A DNA stretch of 64,000 bases from Candidatus Aquidulcis sp. (lineage in GTDB: Bacteria; Chloroflexota; Anaerolineae; Anaerolineales; UBA4823). Below are positions 9,195-18,324 of this stretch, piece by piece (the stretch's first letter is position 1; every line of letters begins with the position of its first letter). A program made the translations under genes and the position numbers. The notes beneath the pieces are model-generated. The model was not told the origin of the DNA. It did not search any database and worked only from the letters and a program-made list of their open reading frames with translations. The stretch spans positions 3,676-67,675 of the forward strand of contig DYIZ01000009.1 in NCBI GenBank assembly GCA_020723385.1, given 5' to 3'.

Positions 9195-9303
9195 TGGTCA
9201 GTGAACAGTAATCAGTGAACAGTGATCAGTAAATCAATAAGCAGTGGTTCGTCATGCCTCGTCACGGATGACTGATCACTGATAACTGATCACTGATCAC
9301 CGG
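9193..9303. repeat. Tandem-unit hairpin built from CAGTGA(A/T)CAGT units, between the permease and DUF624 genes
   Basis: Left arm GTGGTCAGTGAACAGTAATCAGTGAACAGT (9195-9224). Right arm ACTGATCACTGATAACTGATCACTGATCAC (9271-9300). The reverse complements match at about 26 of 30 positions by eye. Confidence 0.75.
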
Positions 9304-9312
9304 AAATAAACC

Positions 9313-9936
9313 ATGCTCAAAGCCTTTCACTTTTTCGGCCGCGCGATTTCCCTTTGGTGGCGTGAATGGGTGCATTTGACCTTCCTCAATATTGCCTGGC
9401 TGGCGTTGCAAGTCACCATCGTCGCCGGGCCGCCAGCTACCGCAGCAATGTACGCGGTTGCCCGGCGTTTGGCAGATGATGAATACCTGGAGCTGCGTCA
9501 TTATTGGCAGGCGATGCGCCAGATGTTCTGGCCAGCCTGGCGGTGGGGCGCAGTCAACCTGGTGGTGATCGGCGTCATCGTGGGTAACTTCTGGTTTTAT
9601 CAACATACCAGCGGCCTTCTAGTGACTCTCCTGCGGGTGATTTGGGCGACGATTGCCATCTACTGGTTTATCGCCAACCTGTTCTACTGGCCTTTCTGGC
9701 TGATCCAGGAAGACCACCGCATGGTTACAACTTATCGCAATTGCCTGTTGTTACTGGGCAAAAAGCCCGTACTCATCCTGACCATTTCTGTGCTTTGCGC
9801 CGTTTTGATCGTTGCCAGTATTCTCATCACCCTGCCGCTGGCGGCTTTGTTGATGATCTGGCTGGCCATTATCGGTATTGTGTTGGTCAAGGACGAAGTG
9901 AAGGGAATATCCAAACCAATTCAGAACACGGATTGA
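9313..9936 (+). CDS. DUF624 (YesL-like) membrane protein
   Basis: [32 protein letters not shown]... plus four or more TM helices. This family typically accompanies CUT1 sugar ABC operons. Confidence 0.7.
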   Translation: MLKAFHFFGRAISLWWREWVHLTFLNIAWLALQVTIVAGPPATAAMYAVARRLADDEYLELRHYWQAMRQMFWPAWRWGAVNLVVIGVIVGNFWFYQHTSGLLVTLLRVIWATIAIYWFIANLFYWPFWLIQEDHRMVTTYRNCLLLLGKKPVLILTISVLCAVLIVASILITLPLAALLMIWLAIIGIVLVKDEVKGISKPIQNTD

Positions 9937-9940
9937 AATA

Positions 9941-10879
9941 ATGAAATTGCAACGTACCTCAATTACCCCAATTCTCATCCCCGATCCAACCTCGGATTGG
10001 GAGACCTATAATGTTTTCAACCCGGCGGTGATCCACCACAACGGGCTGTTCCACATGCACTACCGAGCCCAGGGGCTGGATTGGGTCAGCCGCATCGGGT
10101 ACGCCGTCAGCGCCGACGGGCTTTACTGGAACCGCCTGCGCCGCCCGGTGTTGGAGCCGCAAGACGGCTTTGATTCGCGTGGTCTGGAAGACCCGCGCGT
10201 GACCGAAATTGATGGCGCGTTTTTCATGACTTATACCGCCTTCGGAAGCGAGTTCAGCGGCTCCGGGGAACCGACTCACACCGGGGGCGGCGTGCTGCCC
10301 ATGATCGCGCGCAGCCAGAATCTGATCACCTGGGAACGGCTTGGCCCCATCGTGACCGGCGAGGACAATAAAGATCATGTGCTGTTCCCCAGGAAAATCA
10401 ACGGGCGCTACGTTGCCCTGCACCGCCGGCCGCCCCAGGTCTGGGTGGCTGAAAGCGACGATATGATCACCTGGCCCGAGAAATATATGCGCCCGATCTT
10501 TGGCCCGCGGCCTTCTGAGAGTGAGAATAGCCGCCTCGGCTGGGATTCCTTGCGGGTTGGCAACGGCGGCGTACCCATCGAAACCGATTACGGCTGGCTG
10601 ATGCTCTATCATGCTTATGATCCAGGCCGCACGTATCGCCTCGGCGTGTGCCTGCTCGACCGGGATGATCCAGCAAAAGTTATCCACCGCCCGCAGGATT
10701 TTATCTTCGAGCCGCAGGAACTCTGGGAGCTGCGCGGCGATGTGCCCAACGTGGTCTTTAGCTGCGCCAATCCGGTTGTGAATGGCACTGTGTATATATA
10801 TTATGGCGGCGGCGATCACGTTATCGGTCTGGCGACCGCACCGTTGGCCGATTTGCTGAACTTTGCCCGATTTGGATGA
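9941..10879 (+). CDS. Glycoside hydrolase family 130 (beta-mannoside phosphorylase-like)
   Basis: [36 protein letters not shown]...[21 protein letters not shown] is the GH130 five-bladed propeller signature. Confidence 0.8.
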   Translation: MKLQRTSITPILIPDPTSDWETYNVFNPAVIHHNGLFHMHYRAQGLDWVSRIGYAVSADGLYWNRLRRPVLEPQDGFDSRGLEDPRVTEIDGAFFMTYTAFGSEFSGSGEPTHTGGGVLPMIARSQNLITWERLGPIVTGEDNKDHVLFPRKINGRYVALHRRPPQVWVAESDDMITWPEKYMRPIFGPRPSESENSRLGWDSLRVGNGGVPIETDYGWLMLYHAYDPGRTYRLGVCLLDRDDPAKVIHRPQDFIFEPQELWELRGDVPNVVFSCANPVVNGTVYIYYGGGDHVIGLATAPLADLLNFARFG

Positions 10880-13059
10880 AAACAATGACCGACCTTTGGA
10901 CTCTCTCCGAAACTACTTTCGATCCCAATACCCAACACCATAAAGAGACGATCTTTACGATCGGTAACGGCTACCTCGCCACGCGCGGCGCGTTCGAGGA
11001 GGGCTATCCCAATGACCGGCGGGCGACATTCGTGCATGGCGTGTTCGATGCGGTGCCGGTTGTCTTCACCGAGCTTGCCAACGCCCCCGATTGGCTGCCA
11101 TTTACCGTGCTGCTCGACGGCGAGCGCTTCTCGCTCGACAGCGGAACGGTGGAAAGCTTCAATCGGTCGCTCGATCTGCGCACCGGGGTGCTGACTCGCA
11201 GCGTCCGGTGGATTTCTCCCGCCGGGCGGGCCGCTACGATCAAATTCGAGCGCTTCGCTTCTCTCGCCGACGAGCACGTTCTGCTCATCCGCTGCCAGGT
11301 CACCCCGGATTTCGAAGGCACGGTTGAGTGCCGCGCCGCCATCAACGGCAACACCGATAACGAAGGCATCGCTCACTGGCGCTGGATCTCACAAGGCTCA
11401 CGCGGCGAATCGGTCTACCTTCGCACCCGCACCCGCACGTCCAATATTGATTTCGTTTCTGCGATGCGGCTGGTTGGCGTCGCGGGTAATTGTCTGGATT
11501 CGAGTTTCTGCGACGTGGAGAATGCGCCGACTCTCTTGATGAAAATGGCTGCCGAGCCAGGCAAAGCCATCATCGTGGATAAGTTTGTGGCGGTCGCCAC
11601 CATGCGTGAGTCCGTTGACCCACTGGACCTGGCTCTCCGCCGCCTCGAGGCCGTCGTGGATTGGCCGGCTGCTTTCGAAGCCAACGCTGCTGCCTGGGCG
11701 CGTGAGTGGGAGCGCACCGACGTTATCATCGAGGGCGACGATGAAGCGCAGATTGCCTTGCGATTTAACCTGTTTCAGATGCTCATCGCCGCGCCGCGGC
11801 ACGACGCCGCCAAGAGCGGCGGGGTCAACATTGGGGCCAAGACCCTCTCCGGCTTTGGCTACCGAGGCCATGCCTTTTGGGATACCGAAATTTTCATGCT
11901 CCCGCTATTCACCTATACTGCGCCGCATATTGCCAAAAACCTGCTGAACTACCGTCACCACCGGCTGCCCGCTGCCCGCAGGAAGGCGCACGACAATGGC
12001 TGGGAAGGGGCGATGTTCCCCTGGGAAAGCGCTGACACCGGCGAAGAAGTCACCCCGCGCTGGGTGCCGCACTACGCCGAACCGGCTAAAATGGTGCGCA
12101 TTTGGACCGGCGACATCGAAATTCACATCTCTGCTGATATCGCCTACGCTGCCCATCAGTATTGGCAGGCTGCCGGCGACGACGCCTGGTTCATCGAGAA
12201 AGGCGCTGAGTTGATCCTCGACACGGCCAAATTCTGGGCCTCGCGCGCTGAATGGAACGCCTCGGCAAGCCGCTATGAATACACCGACGTTATCGGCCCC
12301 GATGAGTATCACGAGCATGTGGATAACAACTTCTTCACCAACCGCATGGCGCAGTGGAATTTGCAGACCGCGCTCGATGTTTTGGATTGGCTGAAGATAC
12401 ATGCTCCGGCGAAAGCTGGCGACCTGGTTGATCGTCTCGACCTGAATGAAACCCGCCTGGGCCGCTGGCGGGAGGTGATCGATAAGATTTACCTCCCCCT
12501 GGGGAAAAATGGCCTCATCGAGCAGTTCGAGGGCTACTACCAGCGCAAGGATGTTGACCTGGAAGCCCTGGAGCCGCGCGACCGCTCGGCGCAGACTATC
12601 TTCGGCATCGAAGGCTGCAACGAGACGCAGGTGCTCAAGCAGCCAGACGTGCTCATGCTGTTCTACTTGTTGAATTCGATCTACTCCAACGGGATCGTGC
12701 GCGCCAACTACGATTACTATACCCCCCGCACCGATCATACCTACGGTTCATCGCTCGGCCCGGCGATCCAGGCGATCATGGCCTGCGAAGTGGGCCAACC
12801 CGACGAAGCCTATGAGCATTTCATCCGCGCCGGCCGCGCGGACTTGCGCGATGTGCGCGGCAACGCCGGAGATGGCATTCACGCCGCATCGGCGGGCGGC
12901 ATGTGGCAGGCAGTGGTTTTCGGCTTCGCCGGGCTGCGCGTCTCACCTGATGGCTGGACGATCAACACACGTCTGCCAAAACACTGGAAGCGCGTGGCAT
13001 TCAAGTTTTTCCGCCGGGGAAAACAAGAAGTCGTAGATATCAAGATTGATAACAGATAA
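10876..13059 (+). CDS. Glycoside hydrolase family 65 disaccharide phosphorylase (kojibiose/maltose/trehalose phosphorylase family)
   Basis: [22 protein letters not shown]...[18 protein letters not shown]...[16 protein letters not shown]. The ATGA overlap with the GH130 stop suggests translational coupling. Confidence 0.88.
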   Translation: MKTMTDLWTLSETTFDPNTQHHKETIFTIGNGYLATRGAFEEGYPNDRRATFVHGVFDAVPVVFTELANAPDWLPFTVLLDGERFSLDSGTVESFNRSLDLRTGVLTRSVRWISPAGRAATIKFERFASLADEHVLLIRCQVTPDFEGTVECRAAINGNTDNEGIAHWRWISQGSRGESVYLRTRTRTSNIDFVSAMRLVGVAGNCLDSSFCDVENAPTLLMKMAAEPGKAIIVDKFVAVATMRESVDPLDLALRRLEAVVDWPAAFEANAAAWAREWERTDVIIEGDDEAQIALRFNLFQMLIAAPRHDAAKSGGVNIGAKTLSGFGYRGHAFWDTEIFMLPLFTYTAPHIAKNLLNYRHHRLPAARRKAHDNGWEGAMFPWESADTGEEVTPRWVPHYAEPAKMVRIWTGDIEIHISADIAYAAHQYWQAAGDDAWFIEKGAELILDTAKFWASRAEWNASASRYEYTDVIGPDEYHEHVDNNFFTNRMAQWNLQTALDVLDWLKIHAPAKAGDLVDRLDLNETRLGRWREVIDKIYLPLGKNGLIEQFEGYYQRKDVDLEALEPRDRSAQTIFGIEGCNETQVLKQPDVLMLFYLLNSIYSNGIVRANYDYYTPRTDHTYGSSLGPAIQAIMACEVGQPDEAYEHFIRAGRADLRDVRGNAGDGIHAASAGGMWQAVVFGFAGLRVSPDGWTINTRLPKHWKRVAFKFFRRGKQEVVDIKIDNR

Positions 13060-13086
13060 AGTGAACCTCAAAACCTGGAACTACCT

Positions 13087-13740
13087 ATGACCATTTCAGG
13101 CTTTATATTCGATCTCGACGGCGTCCTCACCGATACCGCCGAATACCATTACCGGGGCTGGAAGCGGCTGGCGGACGAGGCGGGACTGCCCTTCACGCGG
13201 GAGGACAACGAGGCGCTGCGCGGCATCCCGCGCCGCGAGTCGCTGCTGCTCATTTTGAAAGGCCGCCTGTACCCCGAAGAAAAAATCCGGGAGATGATGG
13301 AACGCAAGAACCGCTATTACCTGGAATTCATCAAAGAAATCACCCCGCGCGATCTTCTGCCCGGCGCGGTCGCGCTTCTCGAAGAAATCCGAGCGGCCGG
13401 GATGAAAACGGCCATCGGCTCAGCGAGCAAGAACACCGGCGAAGTTGTAGACCGCCTGGGCATCCGCTCCTTGCTCGACGCCATCTCGGATGGTTACAGC
13501 GTCGAGCGGCAGAAGCCCGCTCCCGATCTGTTTCTGCACGCCGCGGCGCAATTGGGCCTGCCGCCCGGCGAGTGCGTGGTGGTGGAGGATGCCGCGGCCG
13601 GGGTGGAAGCTGCTCTCGCCGGAGGTTTTCGCACCATCGGGCTGGGGCCGGTCGAGCGGGTGGGTCAAGCCGAGCTGGTGCTGCCGAGTTTGGAAGGGGC
13701 GCGGTTGGCCAATGTCCTGGCAGCACTGGCAAATCGCTGA
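13087..13740 (+). CDS. pgmB: Beta-phosphoglucomutase
   Basis: HAD motif I FIFDLDGVLTDTAEYHY, then SASKN and the VVVEDAAAGVEAA motifs. It has the canonical position after a GH65 phosphorylase. Confidence 0.88.
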   Translation: MTISGFIFDLDGVLTDTAEYHYRGWKRLADEAGLPFTREDNEALRGIPRRESLLLILKGRLYPEEKIREMMERKNRYYLEFIKEITPRDLLPGAVALLEEIRAAGMKTAIGSASKNTGEVVDRLGIRSLLDAISDGYSVERQKPAPDLFLHAAAQLGLPPGECVVVEDAAAGVEAALAGGFRTIGLGPVERVGQAELVLPSLEGARLANVLAALANR

Positions 13741-13852
13741 AGAGAATTACATTTCTCAGCCCAGACAAAGCAAGCCGTTAGCGGCTCCCGCCTATTGTGC
13801 AACCTGAATTTAAGTGGTTTTGCATCCTCCACTACAAACTTGGATCGAAGGA

Positions 13853-14557
13853 TTAATACGGCGGCTCGGCTGGCCCCTCATAACCGCACATTCCGGTGCG
13901 TGGCGAATTGAATAAGGGCATCAGCTCGCCATAATTATCGTGCGGATGTTCTTCGACATGCTCATCGCATAAATGGCCGGTTTTATTGTCTTCGTATAGG
14001 CATTCGATGCACAGCCATTTTGCCGGTTGTCCGCATTCCTGGCAAACGGCCTCAGGCATCTGGGTGCGCGCCAGCAGCGCAATCGGGTGTTTGCTGGCTG
14101 CCCGGCCTTCCCGAAATCCCACCACTTTGATATCGGTTTCGGAGGTGGTGCCAAAATCATACAAATGGTGCAGCACCCGGCCTGCCTCGAAGATCGAATC
14201 AGCCTTGCGCGTTTTGCCTACATCCATGCCGCCCCAGCCGCCGAGGGTGAATTTACTCAAATGGCCGCAGCATTCCAGCCAGATGGCGCGCAAATATTTG
14301 TCCAGCTTGTCGAGCGAGGTTGAGCCGGTCATTTCCAGGTCGAGTCAAAAATCTTTGTCATAGGCGTCATGCACACGCAAATGCCAGAGCGTTTCCACTG
14401 GCCAGCTGCTGGCCGCCGCGCTGGCGAGTGCTTCTTGCCGTTTGGGGCATTTGTCCAAATGTTTGATTACGCTGCGCTTGGTGATGCTTTCACCGCAGTA
14501 AGCGCAGGTTCCAGGGTTTTCGGGTTTGCGGGGCATGGATACATCCCCTTCTGTCAA
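13853..14557 (-). pseudogene. Cys-rich (CxxC) protein, possibly pRiA4b-ORF3-like, interrupted by one in-frame TGA
   Basis: Track ORFs 14345..14557 and 13853..14332 are in the same frame. The junction reads ...AYDKDF-TGA(14345-14347)-LDLEMTGSTSLDKL. The family assignment is tentative (LWHLRV...LDLEM...LRAIWLECCGHLSKF). Confidence 0.6.
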
Positions 14558-14671
14558 AACTCGCCTTTATACGTCGAAGATCAACCAAACAAGGCGCGCC
14601 ATTTCTGGCATGGACTGAACTTGATTTTAGTCCCCAGCGAGAAGTGCGTCGCAATCAGGCCGCGACCGTAA

Positions 14672-15280
14672 TTATATCCAGCCATGTGCGCGCCAACGCC
14701 CCATCAACGCCGAGCGGGCGGAGTACTTCTCGGCCAACCGCCGCAATCGCTGTTGGAAGATGTCGCGGCGGATGCTCGCATCCGACGTATCTTGAAATTC
14801 CGATAACTGCTGGAGCTTTTCCAAAAGCCCGGTGGCTTCATCGTAGACCGAAGCGATCTTGCGGCCATTATCCAACAGGTCTTCCACTTTTCGCCAAGTC
14901 TGCTCTTCTCGGGCGGCCAGGGCTTTCATCTCGGCGATGTGCTTTTGGCGGGCAGCCTCAGCCTGGCGTTTATTCTCGGCTTTTTCGAGTTGTTCGGAGC
15001 GTTGCAGCAATTGCTGGATCGTGCGTGGTTGCACGGCCAGGCCTTTTGGGAAACGGAACATCAGGTGCAGGCTGCCCCAATTGTCCAGGTATAAATGGGC
15101 GTCGAACTATTTCAGCAGCACTTCTTTGGGATCGTGCTTGAAATCGCCCCAATTGTAGGTGACCACCGCCTGGCTGGAACTGACATCAATATGGCTGGAA
15201 AGATGGTTGACCGCAGCCTGCTCTTCGGCGGTTAGGATACGGTCTACAGTTTGCCATTCGTAATATTGATACTCGCTCAT
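14672..15280 (-). pseudogene. Conserved hypothetical (MSEYQYYEWQTVDR... family) interrupted by one in-frame TAG
   Basis: The reverse complement from ATG 15280 reads MSEYQYYEWQTVDRILTAEEQAAVNHLSSHIDVSSSQAVVTYNWGDFKHDPKEVLLK-TAG(15107-15109)-FDAHLYLDNWGSLHLMFRFPKGL, continuing into track ORF 14672..15061. It starts 3 nt after the Fic stop. Confidence 0.6.
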
Positions 15281-15283
15281 CGC

Positions 15284-16486
15284 TTACGCACTCTCCAATA
15301 TCTTCAGGATTTCATCGGCCCGGTAAACGCGGTTACGCCGGCCGCCGGTGATCTCGCGCAGCAAACCTGCCTGAACCAACTGATCAATCAGGCGCTGAGC
15401 TCCGACAAAGTTGGTTTCTAATGCGGTTTCTACCAGGCGCGTGGTGATCACCGGCTGGGCAAAGAGCAGGTCAACCACCCGTAACAGCCTGGCTGGGGCG
15501 CGCCGGGCCTGGATTTGTGCCTGGTATTGGACTCGCAGCGCTTGCAAACGGTCAATCCGGTCCACTGCATCCTGAGATTGCTGCTTCACCCCTTCCAGGA
15601 AATAGAGCAGCCAGTCTTCCCAGGCCGCCCGCCGGCTGACTGCCAGGAGCAGATCATAATAGTCGCGGCGGTTGCTCTCGAAATAGGCGCTCAGGTAAAG
15701 CAGCGGCTGCGGCAGGAGCTGCCAGGCTGAGAGGAGCAGCGCTATCAGCAGGCGGCCCACTCGCCCGTTGCCATCCAGGAAGGGGTGAATGGCCTCGAAT
15801 TGGTAATGGATCAATCCCAGGCGCAGCAGCGGCGGCAGATCAGAGGGCGCGTGGATGAAATTCTCCAAAGCGCTGAGCGCCGCTAACATATCGTCTACGG
15901 GTGGGGGAACATAGGGCGCGGTTTCGAGCGTGCTGCCGGCAGGCCCGATCCAATTCTGGCTGCGGCGGAATTCTGAAGCGGCGTTCTCTGCCGCAGGAGT
16001 CCAGACATCGCCGCCCAGGTGTTCTTTACCTGCCACGCCCTCCATCAACCTGGCGTGCATTTCCCGGATCAGGCGCAGGCTGACAGGCAGGGTGTTGAGG
16101 CGCTCCAGGCCGTATTCCAGTGCGCGCACATAGTTGTGTACTTCGCGCACATCTGAACCTGTCTCAAGGAATGACAGCGGCGAATTTTTCGCTTCGGTGG
16201 CCTCATACGCCAGCAGGTCATCCAGCGAAGCACGCGTGCCTTCGATGCGTGAAGAAAGCACGGCTTCCCGGCGCGCCAGGGGCCGGATGAGCAGGTGCGG
16301 GTTGGCAAGCGTGCCCCCTAAACCTTTCAATTCGCCTAAAGCTCGATCAGCGTCGGAAAGCGCGGCGACCAGGGATGGAGAAAAGGTCAACGCCGGCGGC
16401 AGCGAAGCCGGCACAAACGCCCAATAGCCCTGCGGTAGGTGGATCACTTTCCCTGAAGTGGATGCCTGAAATTTGGATGGATCCAT
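15284..16486 (-). CDS. Fic family protein (AMPylase-type Fic/DOC domain)
   Basis: Fic motif HPFLDGNGRVGRLL, an N-terminal Fic-associated region and a C-terminal wHTH-like tail. Confidence 0.88.
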   Translation of the reverse strand: MDPSKFQASTSGKVIHLPQGYWAFVPASLPPALTFSPSLVAALSDADRALGELKGLGGTLANPHLLIRPLARREAVLSSRIEGTRASLDDLLAYEATEAKNSPLSFLETGSDVREVHNYVRALEYGLERLNTLPVSLRLIREMHARLMEGVAGKEHLGGDVWTPAAENAASEFRRSQNWIGPAGSTLETAPYVPPPVDDMLAALSALENFIHAPSDLPPLLRLGLIHYQFEAIHPFLDGNGRVGRLLIALLLSAWQLLPQPLLYLSAYFESNRRDYYDLLLAVSRRAAWEDWLLYFLEGVKQQSQDAVDRIDRLQALRVQYQAQIQARRAPARLLRVVDLLFAQPVITTRLVETALETNFVGAQRLIDQLVQAGLLREITGGRRNRVYRADEILKILESA

Positions 16487-16507
16487 GTCTGGGCTCCTAA
16501 TGCTCAG

Positions 16508-16540
16508 AAATGATAATAAGCTGACCCCATATTATCATTT
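16508..16540 (-). promoter_or_regulatory. Perfect 10-bp inverted repeat upstream of the Fic gene (possible operator)
   Basis: AAATGATAAT (16508-16517) and ATTATCATTT (16531-16540) with a 13-nt spacer, 22-54 nt upstream of the Fic ATG in an AT-rich leader. Confidence 0.4.
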
Positions 16541-16660
16541 TGTGCGTAATATGTAAATAAGAAACCTCCTAATTCCCTTATTCTTGTTCATGCCGAGGGT
16601 CAATATCCAATACCGCAATATGCTGCACCATTGGGTAAACGGCATACAGGTCAGAACTGT

Positions 16661-17123
16661 CCTCAGGCCGGCCTATAAGCCGCATTCTGTAGCGGACCCG
16701 GAGGCCCGCCGGTGTTCATCTCTCTGGGACGCAGGTCTCCCTGCGCCTCGTGCAGCCTACCCGGGACTCGAATGGTACGAGCAGCACCGTTGTCCCTGTT
16801 TGGCCTTGCTCCGGGCGGGGGTTGCCTGGCCGCGGACATTGCTGTCTGAATCCAGCTACGCTGGATCCGCGCCGGTGGTCTCTTACACCGCCTTTTCACC
16901 CTGACTGGCGGATGGCGTATAGCTTATGGCATATAGCAAATGGCTTTCGCCATAAGCTATAGGCCATTTGCTATTGGCCATCGGCCAGCGGTCTGTTTCT
17001 GTGGCCCGATCCAGTAAATTACTTCGCTCCGGGGTTTCCCCGGCGCCCTGCTCTGCGGAGTGCGGACTTTCCTCCAGTATCCCAGTGTCCCAGGATACCA
17101 GCGAACACCCGGCCGGCCTGAGG
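16661..17123 (-). ncRNA. rnpB: RNase P RNA, bacterial type A
   Basis: The minus strand carries GGAGGAAAGTCCGCACTCC, CACAGAAACAGACCGC, GGGTGAAAAGGCGGTGTAAGAGACCACC and ACAGAATGCGGCTTATAG. P1 pairs CCTCAGGCCGGCC (17123-17111) with GGCCGGCCTGAGG (16673-16661). Confidence 0.9.
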
Positions 17124-17192
17124 TAAACCCATCATACCCCCACGTACATCTCACGTCAACGCTATCAAACAGCTTCCTTTTGGAGAAATATC

Positions 17193-17277
17193 GGACGCGG
17201 ACGAACGCTGACAAACGCGGAATCCGGTTTTGTGTTTTACCAGGTTTTTCAGCGTGAGTCTGCGTCAATCCGCGTCC
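17193..17277. repeat. Long imperfect hairpin (GGACGCGGA-CGAACGCTGA ... TCAGCGTGAG-...-TCCGCGTCC)
   Basis: GGACGCGGA (17193-17201) is the exact complement of TCCGCGTCC (17269-17277). The inner units are partially complementary. It lies between rnpB and the lipoprotein gene. Confidence 0.6.
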
Positions 17278-17304
17278 AATTTTGTGGTCGCCTGCGGATA
17301 AATC

Positions 17305-18156
17305 TCACGGCCACGGAATTTCTATCGGATCCGTATATCCGTGCTTCTCCACCGTGTAAAGCAGCCCGTGGGAGGGGCTGTCGCACCCGTCTTCGTCGGT
17401 GAAAGTATAGGTTAACTCGTCGGTCGCCACAACCATGAAGATCAGGTTACCATCCTTGCACACATAGGCTTCGATCATGTAACCGCGGTCATCATCTTCG
17501 GTCATATTCACTTTTTCCCAGGTCACGGTCACCTCGTCGCCATCGCGGGTGGCAGTCACCCAGCCGGGCGGGCCGTACAACGTCGAATGCGGCAGCACCA
17601 CCGGCGCAACCTTCACCGAAAAGATATCGCCTGTGACTTCCACCACCGAAGCGGCAATCCAGCACTGGTAGTTGATATTGTCCGGCTGGATCCACAGCCA
17701 TGTGCCCGAAGTATTGCGTCCCCACACCGTTCCCGTGTCGCCTTCGTACATGCCCCAGGCGTAGAGGTAGCCCTTCGCCGGGCCGTAGCGGCAGTTGGCC
17801 TGCATTAAGACTTTGATCCTCGGAAAGCTGTAAGTTGGTGATGGTGTGATAGTGGGAGTCGGCGTCACCGTGGGCGTCGGGGTCTCGGTGGGTGTGGGCG
17901 TCCCGGTGGGAGTCAGCGTCTCGGTTGGCGTCGCGCTGGGAGTGGCGGTCTCCGTCGGGGTGGGCGAAGCCGTGGGCGTGGGAGTCTCAGTGGGTGTGGG
18001 GGTTTCTGTGGCGGTCGGCGTGCCGGTGTCTGTGGGGATTAGCGTCGGCGCGGCGGTATCCTCCGGCAGCGACCCGGCCGCGCCGGCCAGATTGCAGGCC
18101 ATGAGCGATAGAATCAACGGTACGATCAGCCAATAGATTTTCGTTTTTCGAGACAT
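17305..18156 (-). CDS. Secreted lipoprotein with a Thr/Pro-rich linker and SH3b-like plus Ig/FN3-like C-terminal region
   Basis: Start trimmed to ATG 18156 ([21 protein letters not shown] lipobox, GGAGGA RBS). There is a long TPTxTxTP repeat linker. No specific family was recognised. Confidence 0.7.
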   Translation of the reverse strand: MSRKTKIYWLIVPLILSLMACNLAGAAGSLPEDTAAPTLIPTDTGTPTATETPTPTETPTPTASPTPTETATPSATPTETLTPTGTPTPTETPTPTVTPTPTITPSPTYSFPRIKVLMQANCRYGPAKGYLYAWGMYEGDTGTVWGRNTSGTWLWIQPDNINYQCWIAASVVEVTGDIFSVKVAPVVLPHSTLYGPPGWVTATRDGDEVTVTWEKVNMTEDDDRGYMIEAYVCKDGNLIFMVVATDELTYTFTDEDGCDSPSHGLLYTVEKHGYTDPIEIPWP

Positions 18157-18324
18157 AGCCGCTATCCTCCGAGGAAATGAAACAACCATCGTAAAGGCAA
18201 AGCGTGAAGGTGTCAACCGACAAATTGGTTTGTAGTATGCGCTTTAGCGCATACTACAAACCTGTAATCTATTGGTCGTGATGGCGGGCGTAAAGGGGTC
18301 ATCCGCGCTATAATTCCACTAACC

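Noticed and set aside
9193-9303. Considered whether the short direct repeats here and at 24294-24368 could be mini CRISPR arrays
   Set aside because: The units are 7-14 nt with 0-3 nt between them and no unique spacers. The arms are mutually complementary, and no cas genes are present in the window.
13853-15280. Considered stop-codon reassignment (TGA=Trp or TAG sense) or selenocysteine for the two in-frame stops
   Set aside because: - Neighbouring well-supported genes terminate on TGA (for example GH130 and the methyltransferase) and on TAG (upp and the second permease).
- I saw no SECIS-like hairpin after the TGA, and Trp rather than Cys/Sec is expected there.
- Simple nonsense mutations or errors are the more economical explanation.
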